Shown here: in pieces, positions 8,795 through 18,459 of the stretch
Layout of the letters: each line of letters starts with the position of its first letter
How positions within the stretch are numbered: the stretch's first letter is position 1
NCBI GenBank assembly: GCA_030583845.1
Contig: CP129478.1
Coordinates: 779,686 to 843,685 of the forward strand
Origin: Candidatus Dojkabacteria bacterium
GTDB lineage: Bacteria > Patescibacteriota > Dojkabacteria > SC72 > JAHDCA01
Direction of reading: 5' to 3'
DNA length: 64,000 nucleotides
Notes under the pieces: model-generated
Database searches by the model: none
What the model was told of the DNA's origin: nothing
What the model saw: only the letters and a program-made list of their open reading frames with translations
Made by a program: the position numbers and the translations under genes

Positions 8795-11700
8795 TTAGTT
8801 TGAAACAACCGATAGGCTCATATTAATTGAATAATTGCCACTTGCTTGTTCAGCAGGGATTTTCTGAGATACTTCAATCCCTGTAATATCCCAGTAACAG
8901 CCTGTGTCAGCAGTTCCATCTGCCTGAACAAGTAAAATGCTGTCGGTCGTTCCTTGAACATAGCCTGCGTCTGAGCCAACAGTAATCCCCGTCGCACTAC
9001 AGCCGCCCTCTGGAGTTATAGTTACATTGGAAAGATCGATGCTTAGCTGACCCTTATATGAGTCGGCATCACCGCCGTCGCCACATCCAGCAGGTGATCC
9101 AGCACTGTCATTGAAGTCGTAGCTTGATGACCAGCTGGAGGTAATCCCGTCGGCAGCTGCTAATGATAAAGTCCAGGAGGGGTTCGATCCACTATTGTAG
9201 ACACGAATCTTTTCGTTCGCGACTCCGAATGTGCCCGTGGTTGTTTGGCATGCAAAGCTTGCAGTTGCAATAGAGAAGGCAATAGAAGGGTTCGAGACAG
9301 TAGTGCCACCGCTATCGACGATGTCGACCGATATTATATCCTGTTCGACTTCTGCCCAGCGATAACTTGCCATTGCGAAATCGATATCATCGGTAACAGA
9401 TGTCGAAATTGAGGAGTTTAGTGTCCTGAGCCTAAAGTTTATTAGCTCTGCACCTGAATCAATATAGTAGTAAGGGCTAGTGATGAATGCCTTGATACCC
9501 GCTGTTTGAGTAAATTTGCTATCTCCATATCCAAATGAAGTACCAGAGTTACTAAGCTGTGAGGCGCTCCACCCTGAGACTCCAAGCCTGGCTGAATAGT
9601 CTTTTATACCGAGTTGTCGAGTAATCGATACACTGTTTGAGCGTATCCGAGCAGCCCAATGAATTGCAGTGATTGAGCTGCCCGAACCTATCTCAGTAGG
9701 AAAAGATAGATTAGTAGATATTGCAGATTCACCGTTGTTACCATCATCATCATTATCAAGAGAGTAAAATGATGAGATATACTCTGTGGTTGAGCTAACC
9801 TGCCATGTGCTACCAGCAGAACTACCTCCGTCAGCGGAGCCTGCATCCCTTGTATTTGTACAGTCGGTTGCAGTACCGCTTCCCCAAGCGATCTCGCAGA
9901 GGCTACTATCTGTATTGGTTGAGCCTAGCATTACATATAGAGCATCAAGGCTCATCGTGTGCGTATTGCTACTGGCTGTGGCTATCCTTACTCTAATTTC
10001 ACCACTGCTAATATAGTTAGAAAGAGTTACATTATTCTTTGCATACGAATACACAGTGTCTGTTGCACATGCTGTGCCTGTAACTGCCCCGCTAGTTAAT
10101 GCTTCCCAGCTGGTGCTATTAAAATTATAGATATAGATATCAAATGTGAGAGCTGAATTCGAGAGACACACTTCAGGTTTTACAAGGATGGTATTTGCTG
10201 ATGTGTAGGCCTCTACGTTTTTAAACGAGAAATATACATCTAGCGGGTTGGTAGCATCATTGGTCATTGTGAACTTGTTACCATCGCTTGCAGCAGCTCC
10301 AATCATGTCAGAGATATAGTTTGATGTAGATCCTGTGTATGGTGATATCTTTGTAAATGCTGCCGGTTCGTAGATTGGGTCGATACCGACCTCAACGGCT
10401 GCGTAGTCAAGCCTATGTTGCACTGTTGAGGCTACAGTAGAGTAGACCCTAACCAGTACTGTATCGCTTGATCCACCAATAAAATTTGTAAGTGGGGTGG
10501 AGTATGCTGTTCCAGGTGATGAGCTTCTGTCTGAGAAGAAACCGTCATAAACAGCATACTCCCTGAGAGTATCAGTAGTGTTTGTATGATCTGCTTTCCG
10601 ATCGTTTAAGGTCCTCCAACCTCCACCTGTGCACTGGGCATCCGCAGCGTTGTCCACGCCAGTCGATGAGACCCAGTCACAGATCTGATGAGAATAGGCA
10701 TTACCTGTTGTTATATTGGTATCCTCTATGGTAATGAACAGTTTATTTGCGCCATACAGGTTTATGTTATCAAATGTAAGTTGCTTATCCAGACCTGAAG
10801 CATTGTCTCTTGCAGTCGTCCAGTAGTTTGACGTCCCATCAGACTGAACATCAGAGCCAAGTGTGCCTTTCCACGATCCGGTATTAGTTTGTGAGGTGGA
10901 GACCTCAGCCCCAGTAATTAACGCGCCACCAGTCGCGGTTCGCTTTGTTAGCAAGGTTATTCTGTCGGTTTCCTCAACCCATCTGATACTCATCATTGCA
11001 AAAGCCCAGTCTCTGCTACCTGGGTCCGATGTATTGCCTGCACTTGTCCTAAGTCGAAGATTCATAATATTGCTTGAGGTGTCTACATACATTGGTGCGT
11101 CGGTCTGGATCTCTGTAGTTACCCAGCTGTCCGACCATGTATAAGTGGAGCTGTTGCTGTTATCTGATCCTGGAGTATCCGTCCATCCGGTGGTCACATT
11201 TTGTCCAGCATACGTTCTTAATTGAGGCGATGCGGTTTGGTTAGAATTATTTGAACGATGCTTTGTCGCAAAATGCATAGCGGTTATAGACATGTTCGAG
11301 CTAGTAGTTACTGGAAACGAAAGATTCTGTGAGGCAGCGTACTCGTTGTCGTTTGCATCATCATCGTTATCCTGGGCATAAAAGGATGAAGGATACTCCA
11401 GCGTTGCAGCCGCCTGCCAAGTCGAGCCTGATGGTGCCCCTGTCTTACCAACATCTACATACCTTGTGTTTACGCAGTTTGTCGCAGTTCCGGTCCCCCA
11501 TGATATCTCGCACTTAGAGCTGTCACTATTGATAGCTCCTACCATCATGTAAGACCTATCAATCTGTATATTGTAAACCGATGCAGGAGCGTTAGTGACA
11601 ACTCTAAATCGTACCTCTCCAGACGAAATATGCTCATTCAGATCAAAACCGCCAATGAGCGAATCGTTGAAGGAGAATGCGTAATCTGTATCACTGGGGC

Positions 11701-12742
11701 AGGCTGTTGATGCTGGTGGGGATGGGATTGAGGTCCAGTTTGTGTCAGCAAAATTGTATAAGCTTATCGATGATAATGTTAGGCTGGCATTTGACATACA
11801 CAGCTCTGTGGCCACCAATAGCGTGTTTGCGCCATTGAATGTCTCTACATTTTTAAATGTTAAATAGTACTCGATTGCAGTCGACGTCGCTGACATTGGA
11901 ATAGTCAATTTAGTGCCGTCCGAAGCATCTGCTGCTGCCGGGCTACCGACGATGTCTGATATATAGTTCGTAGCAGACCCTGCCGCGGTAAGTGTGATGT
12001 CTGACGGTTCATATATCGGATCAACGGCAACCTCTATGCGAACCATGTCTGTACGGAATGAGGTTGTATCGTTTGTTGTAGAGTATGATCGCAATAATAC
12101 TTTGTTATTGCTTGATGCATTAATAAAATTGCTCATCGGGGTAGAAGCGACTGTTCCTGGTGATGAGCTTCTTGATGAGAAGTAGCCATCGTAGATCTCA
12201 TACGTTCTTGCGGTGTCGGTGTTGTTTGTCCAAGTAGTCCTCCGGGGGTGCAGTGTCCTCCATCCACCAGTTGTACAGTTTGCATCTGCAGCATTGTCAA
12301 CAGCAGTCGAAGAAGTCCAATCACAGATCTGATGAACGTAATCGATCGAATTAGTAATATTTGAGTCCTCAAAGTAGATGATGATTTTGTTGCCACCAAG
12401 CATTGAGACATTGTTGAAAGCAAATTGCACGTCAAGACTTGGGCTCGCAGCGGCTCTTGCGACAGTCCAGTAGTTGTCATCTGACCCGAATGTGCCTTTC
12501 CACGAGCCGGTGTTGCTGTTGTCTGTTGATGCCTCGGAGCCGACAACCAAAGTTCCACCACTTACCATGTAGTTTGAATCGGCTCTTACACTATCAACTG
12601 ATCCTGCATTTTCAGAGTTCTGTGTAGCATCTCTATTAGTGATATAGTAAAGATTGGCAAGCAGCACCACTACTAACAGCAGCGCCATCAGGGCTCCTCT
12701 TAATCCTATGCTCAGGTTTTTCCTTCTAATTTCTCCTGTCAT
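8795..12742 (-). CDS. Giant (1315 aa) membrane-anchored or secreted surface protein with an internal ~480-aa tandem duplication and a C-terminal domain paralogous to ORF 13928..14605
   Basis: The N-terminal TM/signal is LRGALMALLLVVVLLANLYYI. Two homologous halves begin SWKGTFGSDDNYWTVARAAA... and SWKGTLGSDVQSDGTSNYWTTARDNA..., each containing HQICDW.SST.VDNAADA.CT.GGWRTL. The protein is rich in N-x-S/T sites and ends ...GNYSINMSLSVVSN. Confidence 0.6.
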   Translation of the reverse strand: MTGEIRRKNLSIGLRGALMALLLVVVLLANLYYITNRDATQNSENAGSVDSVRADSNYMVSGGTLVVGSEASTDNSNTGSWKGTFGSDDNYWTVARAAASPSLDVQFAFNNVSMLGGNKIIIYFEDSNITNSIDYVHQICDWTSSTAVDNAADANCTTGGWRTLHPRRTTWTNNTDTARTYEIYDGYFSSRSSSPGTVASTPMSNFINASSNNKVLLRSYSTTNDTTSFRTDMVRIEVAVDPIYEPSDITLTAAGSATNYISDIVGSPAAADASDGTKLTIPMSATSTAIEYYLTFKNVETFNGANTLLVATELCMSNASLTLSSISLYNFADTNWTSIPSPPASTACPSDTDYAFSFNDSLIGGFDLNEHISSGEVRFRVVTNAPASVYNIQIDRSYMMVGAINSDSSKCEISWGTGTATNCVNTRYVDVGKTGAPSGSTWQAAATLEYPSSFYAQDNDDDANDNEYAASQNLSFPVTTSSNMSITAMHFATKHRSNNSNQTASPQLRTYAGQNVTTGWTDTPGSDNSNSSTYTWSDSWVTTEIQTDAPMYVDTSSNIMNLRLRTSAGNTSDPGSRDWAFAMMSIRWVEETDRITLLTKRTATGGALITGAEVSTSQTNTGSWKGTLGSDVQSDGTSNYWTTARDNASGLDKQLTFDNINLYGANKLFITIEDTNITTGNAYSHQICDWVSSTGVDNAADAQCTGGGWRTLNDRKADHTNTTDTLREYAVYDGFFSDRSSSPGTAYSTPLTNFIGGSSDTVLVRVYSTVASTVQHRLDYAAVEVGIDPIYEPAAFTKISPYTGSTSNYISDMIGAAASDGNKFTMTNDATNPLDVYFSFKNVEAYTSANTILVKPEVCLSNSALTFDIYIYNFNSTSWEALTSGAVTGTACATDTVYSYAKNNVTLSNYISSGEIRVRIATASSNTHTMSLDALYVMLGSTNTDSSLCEIAWGSGTATDCTNTRDAGSADGGSSAGSTWQVSSTTEYISSFYSLDNDDDGNNGESAISTNLSFPTEIGSGSSITAIHWAARIRSNSVSITRQLGIKDYSARLGVSGWSASQLSNSGTSFGYGDSKFTQTAGIKAFITSPYYYIDSGAELINFRLRTLNSSISTSVTDDIDFAMASYRWAEVEQDIISVDIVDSGGTTVSNPSIAFSIATASFACQTTTGTFGVANEKIRVYNSGSNPSWTLSLAAADGITSSWSSSYDFNDSAGSPAGCGDGGDADSYKGQLSIDLSNVTITPEGGCSATGITVGSDAGYVQGTTDSILLVQADGTADTGCYWDITGIEVSQKIPAEQASGNYSINMSLSVVSN

Positions 12743-12745
12743 AAC

Positions 12746-13900
12746 CTACTCCCTTGGAGGGATTTTAATTTTCCTTCCAGCTTCGATATTATACGGAGGC
12801 TTAATCTTGTTTGCATTCGCCAGCTTTTTCCAGCCGATGTTGTTTCTTTTCGCTATTTCTTCTAGATTTTCGCCGCTCTTTATTGTGTAGGTATCCCATC
12901 TCATCTTAATCTCGTTTCGGTGGGCAATCCGAAGCCAGATAGCAGCCCCAACTGCGATGACCAAGGCCAATACACCCAGCTCTATCAAGGCATTCCTTGG
13001 TTGGGGTAGGAATAGGAGATACTTCGGCTCAGAGGATATAGATGTATTTGGCGCCTCTGAGTCCACTCCAACACTTGCTTCGCTGCTGTTGTCGTACTCA
13101 ACTATTGCGCTTGTTTTGATCAGGCCTCCCCACTCCGGTGGCTGTAGGTCAATATTAAATACACCGGTGTCACCACGAAGTATCGGATATTGACTGATTT
13201 CTTCATGGCTTCCAATACCCCAGAAATAGGCGGTTACAAGATGAAGCTTGGCGTCGATCGATACATTCCCATCGTTTCTGATCTCGGTTCGTGTGGTTAT
13301 CAGCGACCTGCTGGCCTGATTGGCTCGAAAAGAGGTTAGGCTTAATTTCCTGACCTGCTCACCCGGCACAGTTACTACCACTCTCAAGCCGGTTCTAAAT
13401 GATAAGCTCACCCCGGATCCACTTCCAGTGGGGTCTTTTTTCTCTTGTAACATTATGCACCCATTTTGTTCACCTACATCCGCTACCTCTGGCACCTCAA
13501 CGTTGAACCTTACACTTGTACTTGTGTGAGCAGCCAAGTCTAGCTCTTCGGCCTCAAGATTAATCCACCCTCCCACTTTATCTTTGCTGTCGAGATACTG
13601 CTCGCAAGCGAAAGAGCCGTCGGTGGATTTCTGAGAGTCAGTGGCATATAGAAGCACCGTCTTGTCTTGATCTGTGTTATTGATGACTAGGATCTCATCC
13701 TCTTCGCTTACACCAGGTGCGAGATTGTAAATAAAAATCGATTTGGTTCTCTCGTTATCTGGGTCTGGGTGAGCAGGCTTCAGTCCGATACCTTCATATT
13801 CAATGGCAGCGGCTGAAGAAGTGCTATATAAAGTGAAAAGAATCACACAAATTGACAGTTTTGCTAGCCTTGCTGGCGTAGCGAGTTTCTGTTTGAGCAT
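12746..13900 (-). CDS. Secreted/anchored protein with a C-terminal TM segment followed by a LysM domain
   Basis: It has a signal peptide, a ~290-aa ectodomain, a TM segment LIELGVLALVIAVGAAIWL, then YTIKSGENLEEIAKRNNIGWKKLANANKIKPPYNIEAGRKIKIP, which fits the LysM consensus. It starts 4 nt downstream of the giant gene. A resemblance to DUF916-type WxL-interacting surface proteins is only a guess. Confidence 0.55.
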   Translation of the reverse strand: MLKQKLATPARLAKLSICVILFTLYSTSSAAAIEYEGIGLKPAHPDPDNERTKSIFIYNLAPGVSEEDEILVINNTDQDKTVLLYATDSQKSTDGSFACEQYLDSKDKVGGWINLEAEELDLAAHTSTSVRFNVEVPEVADVGEQNGCIMLQEKKDPTGSGSGVSLSFRTGLRVVVTVPGEQVRKLSLTSFRANQASRSLITTRTEIRNDGNVSIDAKLHLVTAYFWGIGSHEEISQYPILRGDTGVFNIDLQPPEWGGLIKTSAIVEYDNSSEASVGVDSEAPNTSISSEPKYLLFLPQPRNALIELGVLALVIAVGAAIWLRIAHRNEIKMRWDTYTIKSGENLEEIAKRNNIGWKKLANANKIKPPYNIEAGRKIKIPPRE

Positions 13901-13927
13901 AGGTTTATATCCCGCAGAATCTAAGTT

Positions 13928-14605
13928 TTAGTTGCTAACTACAGACAGAACCATGTTGATATCGTAGTCTGAAGCGGCTGCTTGCTGTGCAGGAATATCT
14001 TGGTCTACATCGACACCTATTAATGCCCAATCACCGATATCGTCGGAGCCTGCAGCTGCAGTTAGGAGTGTGATACTGTCGGTAGTACCCTGAACAAACG
14101 AAGCGGCTGAGCCTTTAGTGATGTTGGTGGTAGTACAGCCTGAGCATGCACCTGCTGTTAATGTGCCAACCGACGCATCAACTGTCATCTGTCCACCAAC
14201 CGAGTCTGCATCACCACCATCTGTACAGCCACCACCCGATGAGTCGTTAAAATCGTAGTCAGAAGCTGCTCCATCCCATACTGCTGTTGCAGCTGATCCG
14301 GCGAGACTTGCTGACCATCCGTTATCCGCAGCGTCTGGGTTTGAGACATAGATTCTCTGAGATGCCGTACCGAAAGTTCCTGAGCTTGTCTGACAAGCAA
14401 ATGAGAATGTTGCAGTAGGAAATGCAACGCTTGGGGAACCAACTGTAACATATGATCCGTCAACAATATCAATCGCAAGCGTTCCTGCGTTAATTGTTTG
14501 GGTGAAGTTTGAGGTGTCTAGTGCGTATACTGATGCACCGAAGAAAGAAAGTGTAGATATAATAGTAGCTAATAGTAAAATTCCCTTGGCAGCTCGAGCT
14601 TTCAT
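13928..14605 (-). CDS. Small secreted protein, stand-alone paralog of the C-terminal domain of the 1315-aa protein
   Basis: After a signal peptide it aligns to the last ~190 aa of 8795..12742: DIVDGSYVTVGSPSVAFPTATFSFACQTSSGTFG vs DIVDSGGTTVSNPSIAFSIATASFACQTTTGTFG, and YDFNDSSGGGCTDGGDADS vs YDFNDSAGSPAGCGDGGDADS. Both end in SVVSN. Confidence 0.55.
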   Translation of the reverse strand: MKARAAKGILLLATIISTLSFFGASVYALDTSNFTQTINAGTLAIDIVDGSYVTVGSPSVAFPTATFSFACQTSSGTFGTASQRIYVSNPDAADNGWSASLAGSAATAVWDGAASDYDFNDSSGGGCTDGGDADSVGGQMTVDASVGTLTAGACSGCTTTNITKGSAASFVQGTTDSITLLTAAAGSDDIGDWALIGVDVDQDIPAQQAAASDYDINMVLSVVSN

Positions 14606-14778
14606 CTGATTACCCCTAATTAAATGATTTACTTATTATATTAAAGTAGCATATGCACAGAGTGCAATCAATACTTTAATTTTCTCAACTCTGGATAACT
14701 GCGTGGTTCATATTTTGTGAGTGACTTTGGTCTACAGGAGTGATATAATCACCGCGCATTTCAATATTTCCCGTAAAT

Positions 14779-16674
14779 ATGGCAGAAATCACACCTAACG
14801 ACAAAATTCGTAATATCGCTATTATCGCCCACGTAGACCATGGGAAGACCACACTTATCGATGCATTTCTGAAGCAGAGCAATACTTTCCGTGAGAATCA
14901 AGAAGAGATGCAGCAGGAGCAAATCTTAGACTTCAATGAGCTCGAACGAGAGCGTGGTATCACTATTCAGGCTAAAAATATCGCCCTGCCTTACAAAGGC
15001 CATCTTATCAATATTATCGATACTCCAGGTCACGCTGACTTTGGTGGTGAAGTTGAGAGAACATTGAGCATGGCAGACGGTGCTGTGCTTCTAGTTGATG
15101 CACAGGAAGGTGTAATGCCACAGACTAGATTCGTATTGAAGCGAGCTTTGGAGCTTGGATTGAAGATAATCGTACTGGTTAACAAGATTGATAAGAAGCT
15201 GGCGGATCCTGCATCTACAGTCAAGAAAGTACAGGATCTGTTCTTGAGCCTTGTTACTGACATGAACCAGCTAGAATTCCCGGTGTATTATGCAATCGGC
15301 CGTGACGGCAAGGTTTTCAAAGAGCTTCCAGTAGAGAGAGGTGATGACCTAGCCAATGTTCCTGGTGACACGACTCCTCTCTTGGATGAAGTACTCGCAT
15401 ATATTCCGGCACCGTCTGGAGATATTAATGAGCCGTTCCAGATGCAGGTTTCATCCCTAGATTACGACCCACACAACGGTCGCTACCTTATTGGTCGCAT
15501 ATCGCATGGAAAAGTAAGCCTTGGCGATAGTATAAAAGCAGCACATCCCGAGCTTCCTGGCAAAGTTATCTCAAGCAAAGTAAAAATGCTCTCAGTCCGT
15601 AAAGGACTTGAGTATGCACAGGTAGATAAGGCTGGGGTAGGGGATATTGTCGCCATAGCTGGTCTAGATGATGTGCGCATCGGCAGCACACTATATGTAC
15701 AGGAGGGCACAGAGATCATGCCGGACATCAAGATATCACCTCCGTCACTCAAGATGAAATTCGAGGCAAACACCTCACCATTCCTCGGTAAAGAGGGTAA
15801 ATTCCCTAACCTGAAGCAGCTTCAAGCACGACTCGAGCACGAGAAGATGATCAATATCAGCCTTAAGATCGATAAGAACGACGACGGATCGTACTATGTA
15901 TCCGGTCGTGGAGAGCTTCACCTCGGAATCCTCGTAGAAACACTACGAAGAGAGGGCTATGAATTCCAGCTACGCAAGCCAGAGGTAATCATCACAGTTG
16001 TTGACGGCAAAAAGATGGAGCCAGAAGAGGAGCTATATGTTGAGGTACCCGAGGAGTACTTTAGCGTTGTCTCACAGATCGTAAATACTCGCAAAGGCAA
16101 TTTAATAAATGTAGAAAACGCCAACGGTCAGTCGAAGATGACATTCCATATCTTAGCCCGCAACTTGATCGGCCTAAGAAGGCAGCTCGCAACAGCAACA
16201 AAAGGCAACCTGGTAATCAGCAATACTTTCCACCAGCTAGTAGCTCTTGGTGGTGGCACAATCGAAGAGAGAAATGGTCGCCTCATCTCGAATGCCACAG
16301 GTACGTCATTGGCCTATGCTTTGAACTCTATCCAGGAGCGAGGTGAGCTATTAATCACACCAGCAACCGAAGTATATGAGGGAATGGTAATCGGAATCAG
16401 CAAGTATGAGAACGATATAAGCGTAAATCCAATGAAAGCTCGTGAGAAGAGCAATGTACGTCAGTCAACCGCAACTGTGACAGACGTCGCATTGAAGACT
16501 CCAATTCAGGTGACCTTGGAGTATGCGATCGGTATCTTGGCAGACGATGAGATACTTGAGGTTACACCTTTGAATTTGCGCATCCGCAAGAAATTCCTCA
16601 ATAAGACGGAGGAATATATGGCCACTAAGAAGAAGGGTAAGGGTGGAGTTGCTGCTTCTGAGGTTGAGGAGTAG
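14779..16674 (+). CDS. typA: Translational GTPase TypA/BipA
   Basis: The G domain AIIAHVDHGKTTL and DTPGHADF is present and the EF-G-like architecture is full length. Confidence 0.9.
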   Translation: MAEITPNDKIRNIAIIAHVDHGKTTLIDAFLKQSNTFRENQEEMQQEQILDFNELERERGITIQAKNIALPYKGHLINIIDTPGHADFGGEVERTLSMADGAVLLVDAQEGVMPQTRFVLKRALELGLKIIVLVNKIDKKLADPASTVKKVQDLFLSLVTDMNQLEFPVYYAIGRDGKVFKELPVERGDDLANVPGDTTPLLDEVLAYIPAPSGDINEPFQMQVSSLDYDPHNGRYLIGRISHGKVSLGDSIKAAHPELPGKVISSKVKMLSVRKGLEYAQVDKAGVGDIVAIAGLDDVRIGSTLYVQEGTEIMPDIKISPPSLKMKFEANTSPFLGKEGKFPNLKQLQARLEHEKMINISLKIDKNDDGSYYVSGRGELHLGILVETLRREGYEFQLRKPEVIITVVDGKKMEPEEELYVEVPEEYFSVVSQIVNTRKGNLINVENANGQSKMTFHILARNLIGLRRQLATATKGNLVISNTFHQLVALGGGTIEERNGRLISNATGTSLAYALNSIQERGELLITPATEVYEGMVIGISKYENDISVNPMKAREKSNVRQSTATVTDVALKTPIQVTLEYAIGILADDEILEVTPLNLRIRKKFLNKTEEYMATKKKGKGGVAASEVEE

Positions 16675-16770
16675 TAGCTTCTTCCTGCACAGTTTCGCAT
16701 TTAATGAAAATTTCATGAATTTATATCTAGTTTTGCTTGAAGCGATCTGTAGATCGTATAGAATCAAGCT

Positions 16771-17283
16771 ATGAAGAAGAAAGAGAAATCCAGAAAAGAT
16801 CAGAAGCCAAAAAACTATGCGTTTATTGATAGTCAGAATCTGAACCGCGGAGTAATTTCTCAGAAGTGGGAATTGGATTACGGGAAGTTCAGACTTATGC
16901 TTAGGAATAAGTATAATGTCACCCGAGCGTTCCTGTTTATCGGTTATATCCCCAAGAACCATAGATTGTATAGCAAGCTCCAGGCGCTGGGTTATATTCT
17001 GGTGTTCAAGAATGTTCTTGAGATAAAAAGGGGGAATGAGAAGTTGTATAAAGGGAATGTTGATGCGGAGCTGGTCTTACATGCGATGATTGAATTTCCC
17101 AACTATGACAAGGCGGTAATAGTGAGTGGGGATGGTGACTTCTTCTGCCTAGTAGAGTATTTAAGCAAAAAGAAGAAGCTACTCAAAATGATTGTGCCAA
17201 ATCAGAAATACTCCTCACTGTTGAGGGATTTCGCAAGCAATATTGTGAGTATTCAGTCGTTTAAGGGGAAGCTTAAAAAATAA
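16771..17283 (+). CDS. NYN (LabA-like, PIN-fold) domain protein
   Basis: YAFIDSQNL...VIVSGDGDFFCLVEYL carries the acidic residues typical of the NYN/LabA family. Confidence 0.55.
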   Translation: MKKKEKSRKDQKPKNYAFIDSQNLNRGVISQKWELDYGKFRLMLRNKYNVTRAFLFIGYIPKNHRLYSKLQALGYILVFKNVLEIKRGNEKLYKGNVDAELVLHAMIEFPNYDKAVIVSGDGDFFCLVEYLSKKKKLLKMIVPNQKYSSLLRDFASNIVSIQSFKGKLKK

Positions 17284-17392
17284 GAGAGGCATTCCCGCGG
17301 CATACAAGGATAGCCTTTGGTAGTCCTCTCATCGTGATAAGACATTATACACTAAAACAACGCCGATCTCAAATAGATGGATATGCTGCTAA

Positions 17393-17809
17393 TTAGTTAG
17401 GATGCTGTTCATTGAACCACTTCCCAAACTTTGTCCAAACCGAAATATCCTCAGTCTCATCAAAGGAAGAGATCTCTTCACTGTTGCATAAAGCAATACT
17501 CTTGCCATCAGCCCTGAAGGTAACTATCTGATCAATTGGGATACCTTCGCCAGCAGGCTCTGTAAGAATTGTACCCTCTTTGATCGTCTTGAAAATCTTC
17601 ATTTTGTCACCATCTTTGTAAGCAAGTACATCCATGAATGTTATGGATCGGTCTGCTTTATCACTCATTAAGTTTAGAAAATCCTGTGGAGAAAACCAAT
17701 CGGTTACGTAGTGCATAAATGGTCCTGGGAAGCCTTTTAGAGCATGGATATTCCAGCCGGTATCTGTTACTACGACAGCTGATTTCGCGACTTCAAATGC
17801 TTGTTCCAC
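17393..17809 (-). CDS. Ham1/ITPase-like (non-canonical purine NTP pyrophosphatase) C-terminal portion; possibly a frameshifted gene together with ORF 17824..18171
   Basis: VVVTDTGWNIHALKGFPGPFMHYV resembles the Ham1 block (L/V)[22 protein letters not shown]. The GTG start sits only ~20 aa upstream of the motif, so the N-terminal lysine/TGN motif region is missing from this frame. The upstream ORF is in a different frame. Confidence 0.35.
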   Translation of the reverse strand: MEQAFEVAKSAVVVTDTGWNIHALKGFPGPFMHYVTDWFSPQDFLNLMSDKADRSITFMDVLAYKDGDKMKIFKTIKEGTILTEPAGEGIPIDQIVTFRADGKSIALCNSEEISSFDETEDISVWTKFGKWFNEQHPN

Positions 17810-18382
17810 TTTAGAGATAGCAACTACTTCGATAGGCTTGCTTGTTCGTCATCAGTGAGGTCTTGAAAGTTCACTATTTTGTTTAGTATTACCGGATAGC
17901 TTGTCTCGACTACACCTAAAAGCTTCTCAACGTCATTATTTTTACCACCATCTGCATCTGTATAGGAATAGAAACCTGATTCGACTGCTGTGTCTTTAGT
18001 TAATTGCTGTATGTATGTGTTACGCTTCTTTGCAATAAGCACAGAGACAAGCTCATCTCTCTGTTGCAAACGAGTCAAGGCTCCAGCACTTGGGTAGATA
18101 GTGGTGTCGTTTCGGCAGTCTGACGTAAGTAAAGCTGAGGCTAAAGTTACATATACTGAAATCATACACAAGGGTTATTCTTTCAATCGATACGAGCTGC
18201 AAGATGACGGAACGGTCAACTATGCACTCACTGCGTTCGTATCATAGTTGTACTCCTGTCGAAAGCCACTCATTTGCCTCTACGAGTCTACATTCGTGGA
18301 TCTCCAGTTGCGGGGTACCCCGACATCTTGTTCCATCTCTACTAAGTACACGACTTCCTGTCGGGTCTCTAAGTTAGTAGCA

Positions 18383-18459
18383 TGGCGGAACGGACGGGGA
18401 TCGAACCCGCAACCTTTCGCGTGACAGGCGAATGCTCTAACCAATTGAGCTACCGCTCC
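18383..18459 (-). tRNA. tRNA-Asp (GTC), CCA encoded
   Basis: I folded the cloverleaf by hand. The acceptor is GGAGCGG/CCGTTCC with one G-U pair, the anticodon loop is CCTGTCACGCG and the T-loop is GGTTCGATCC. ORF 18280..18492 is a spurious overlap. Confidence 0.85.
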
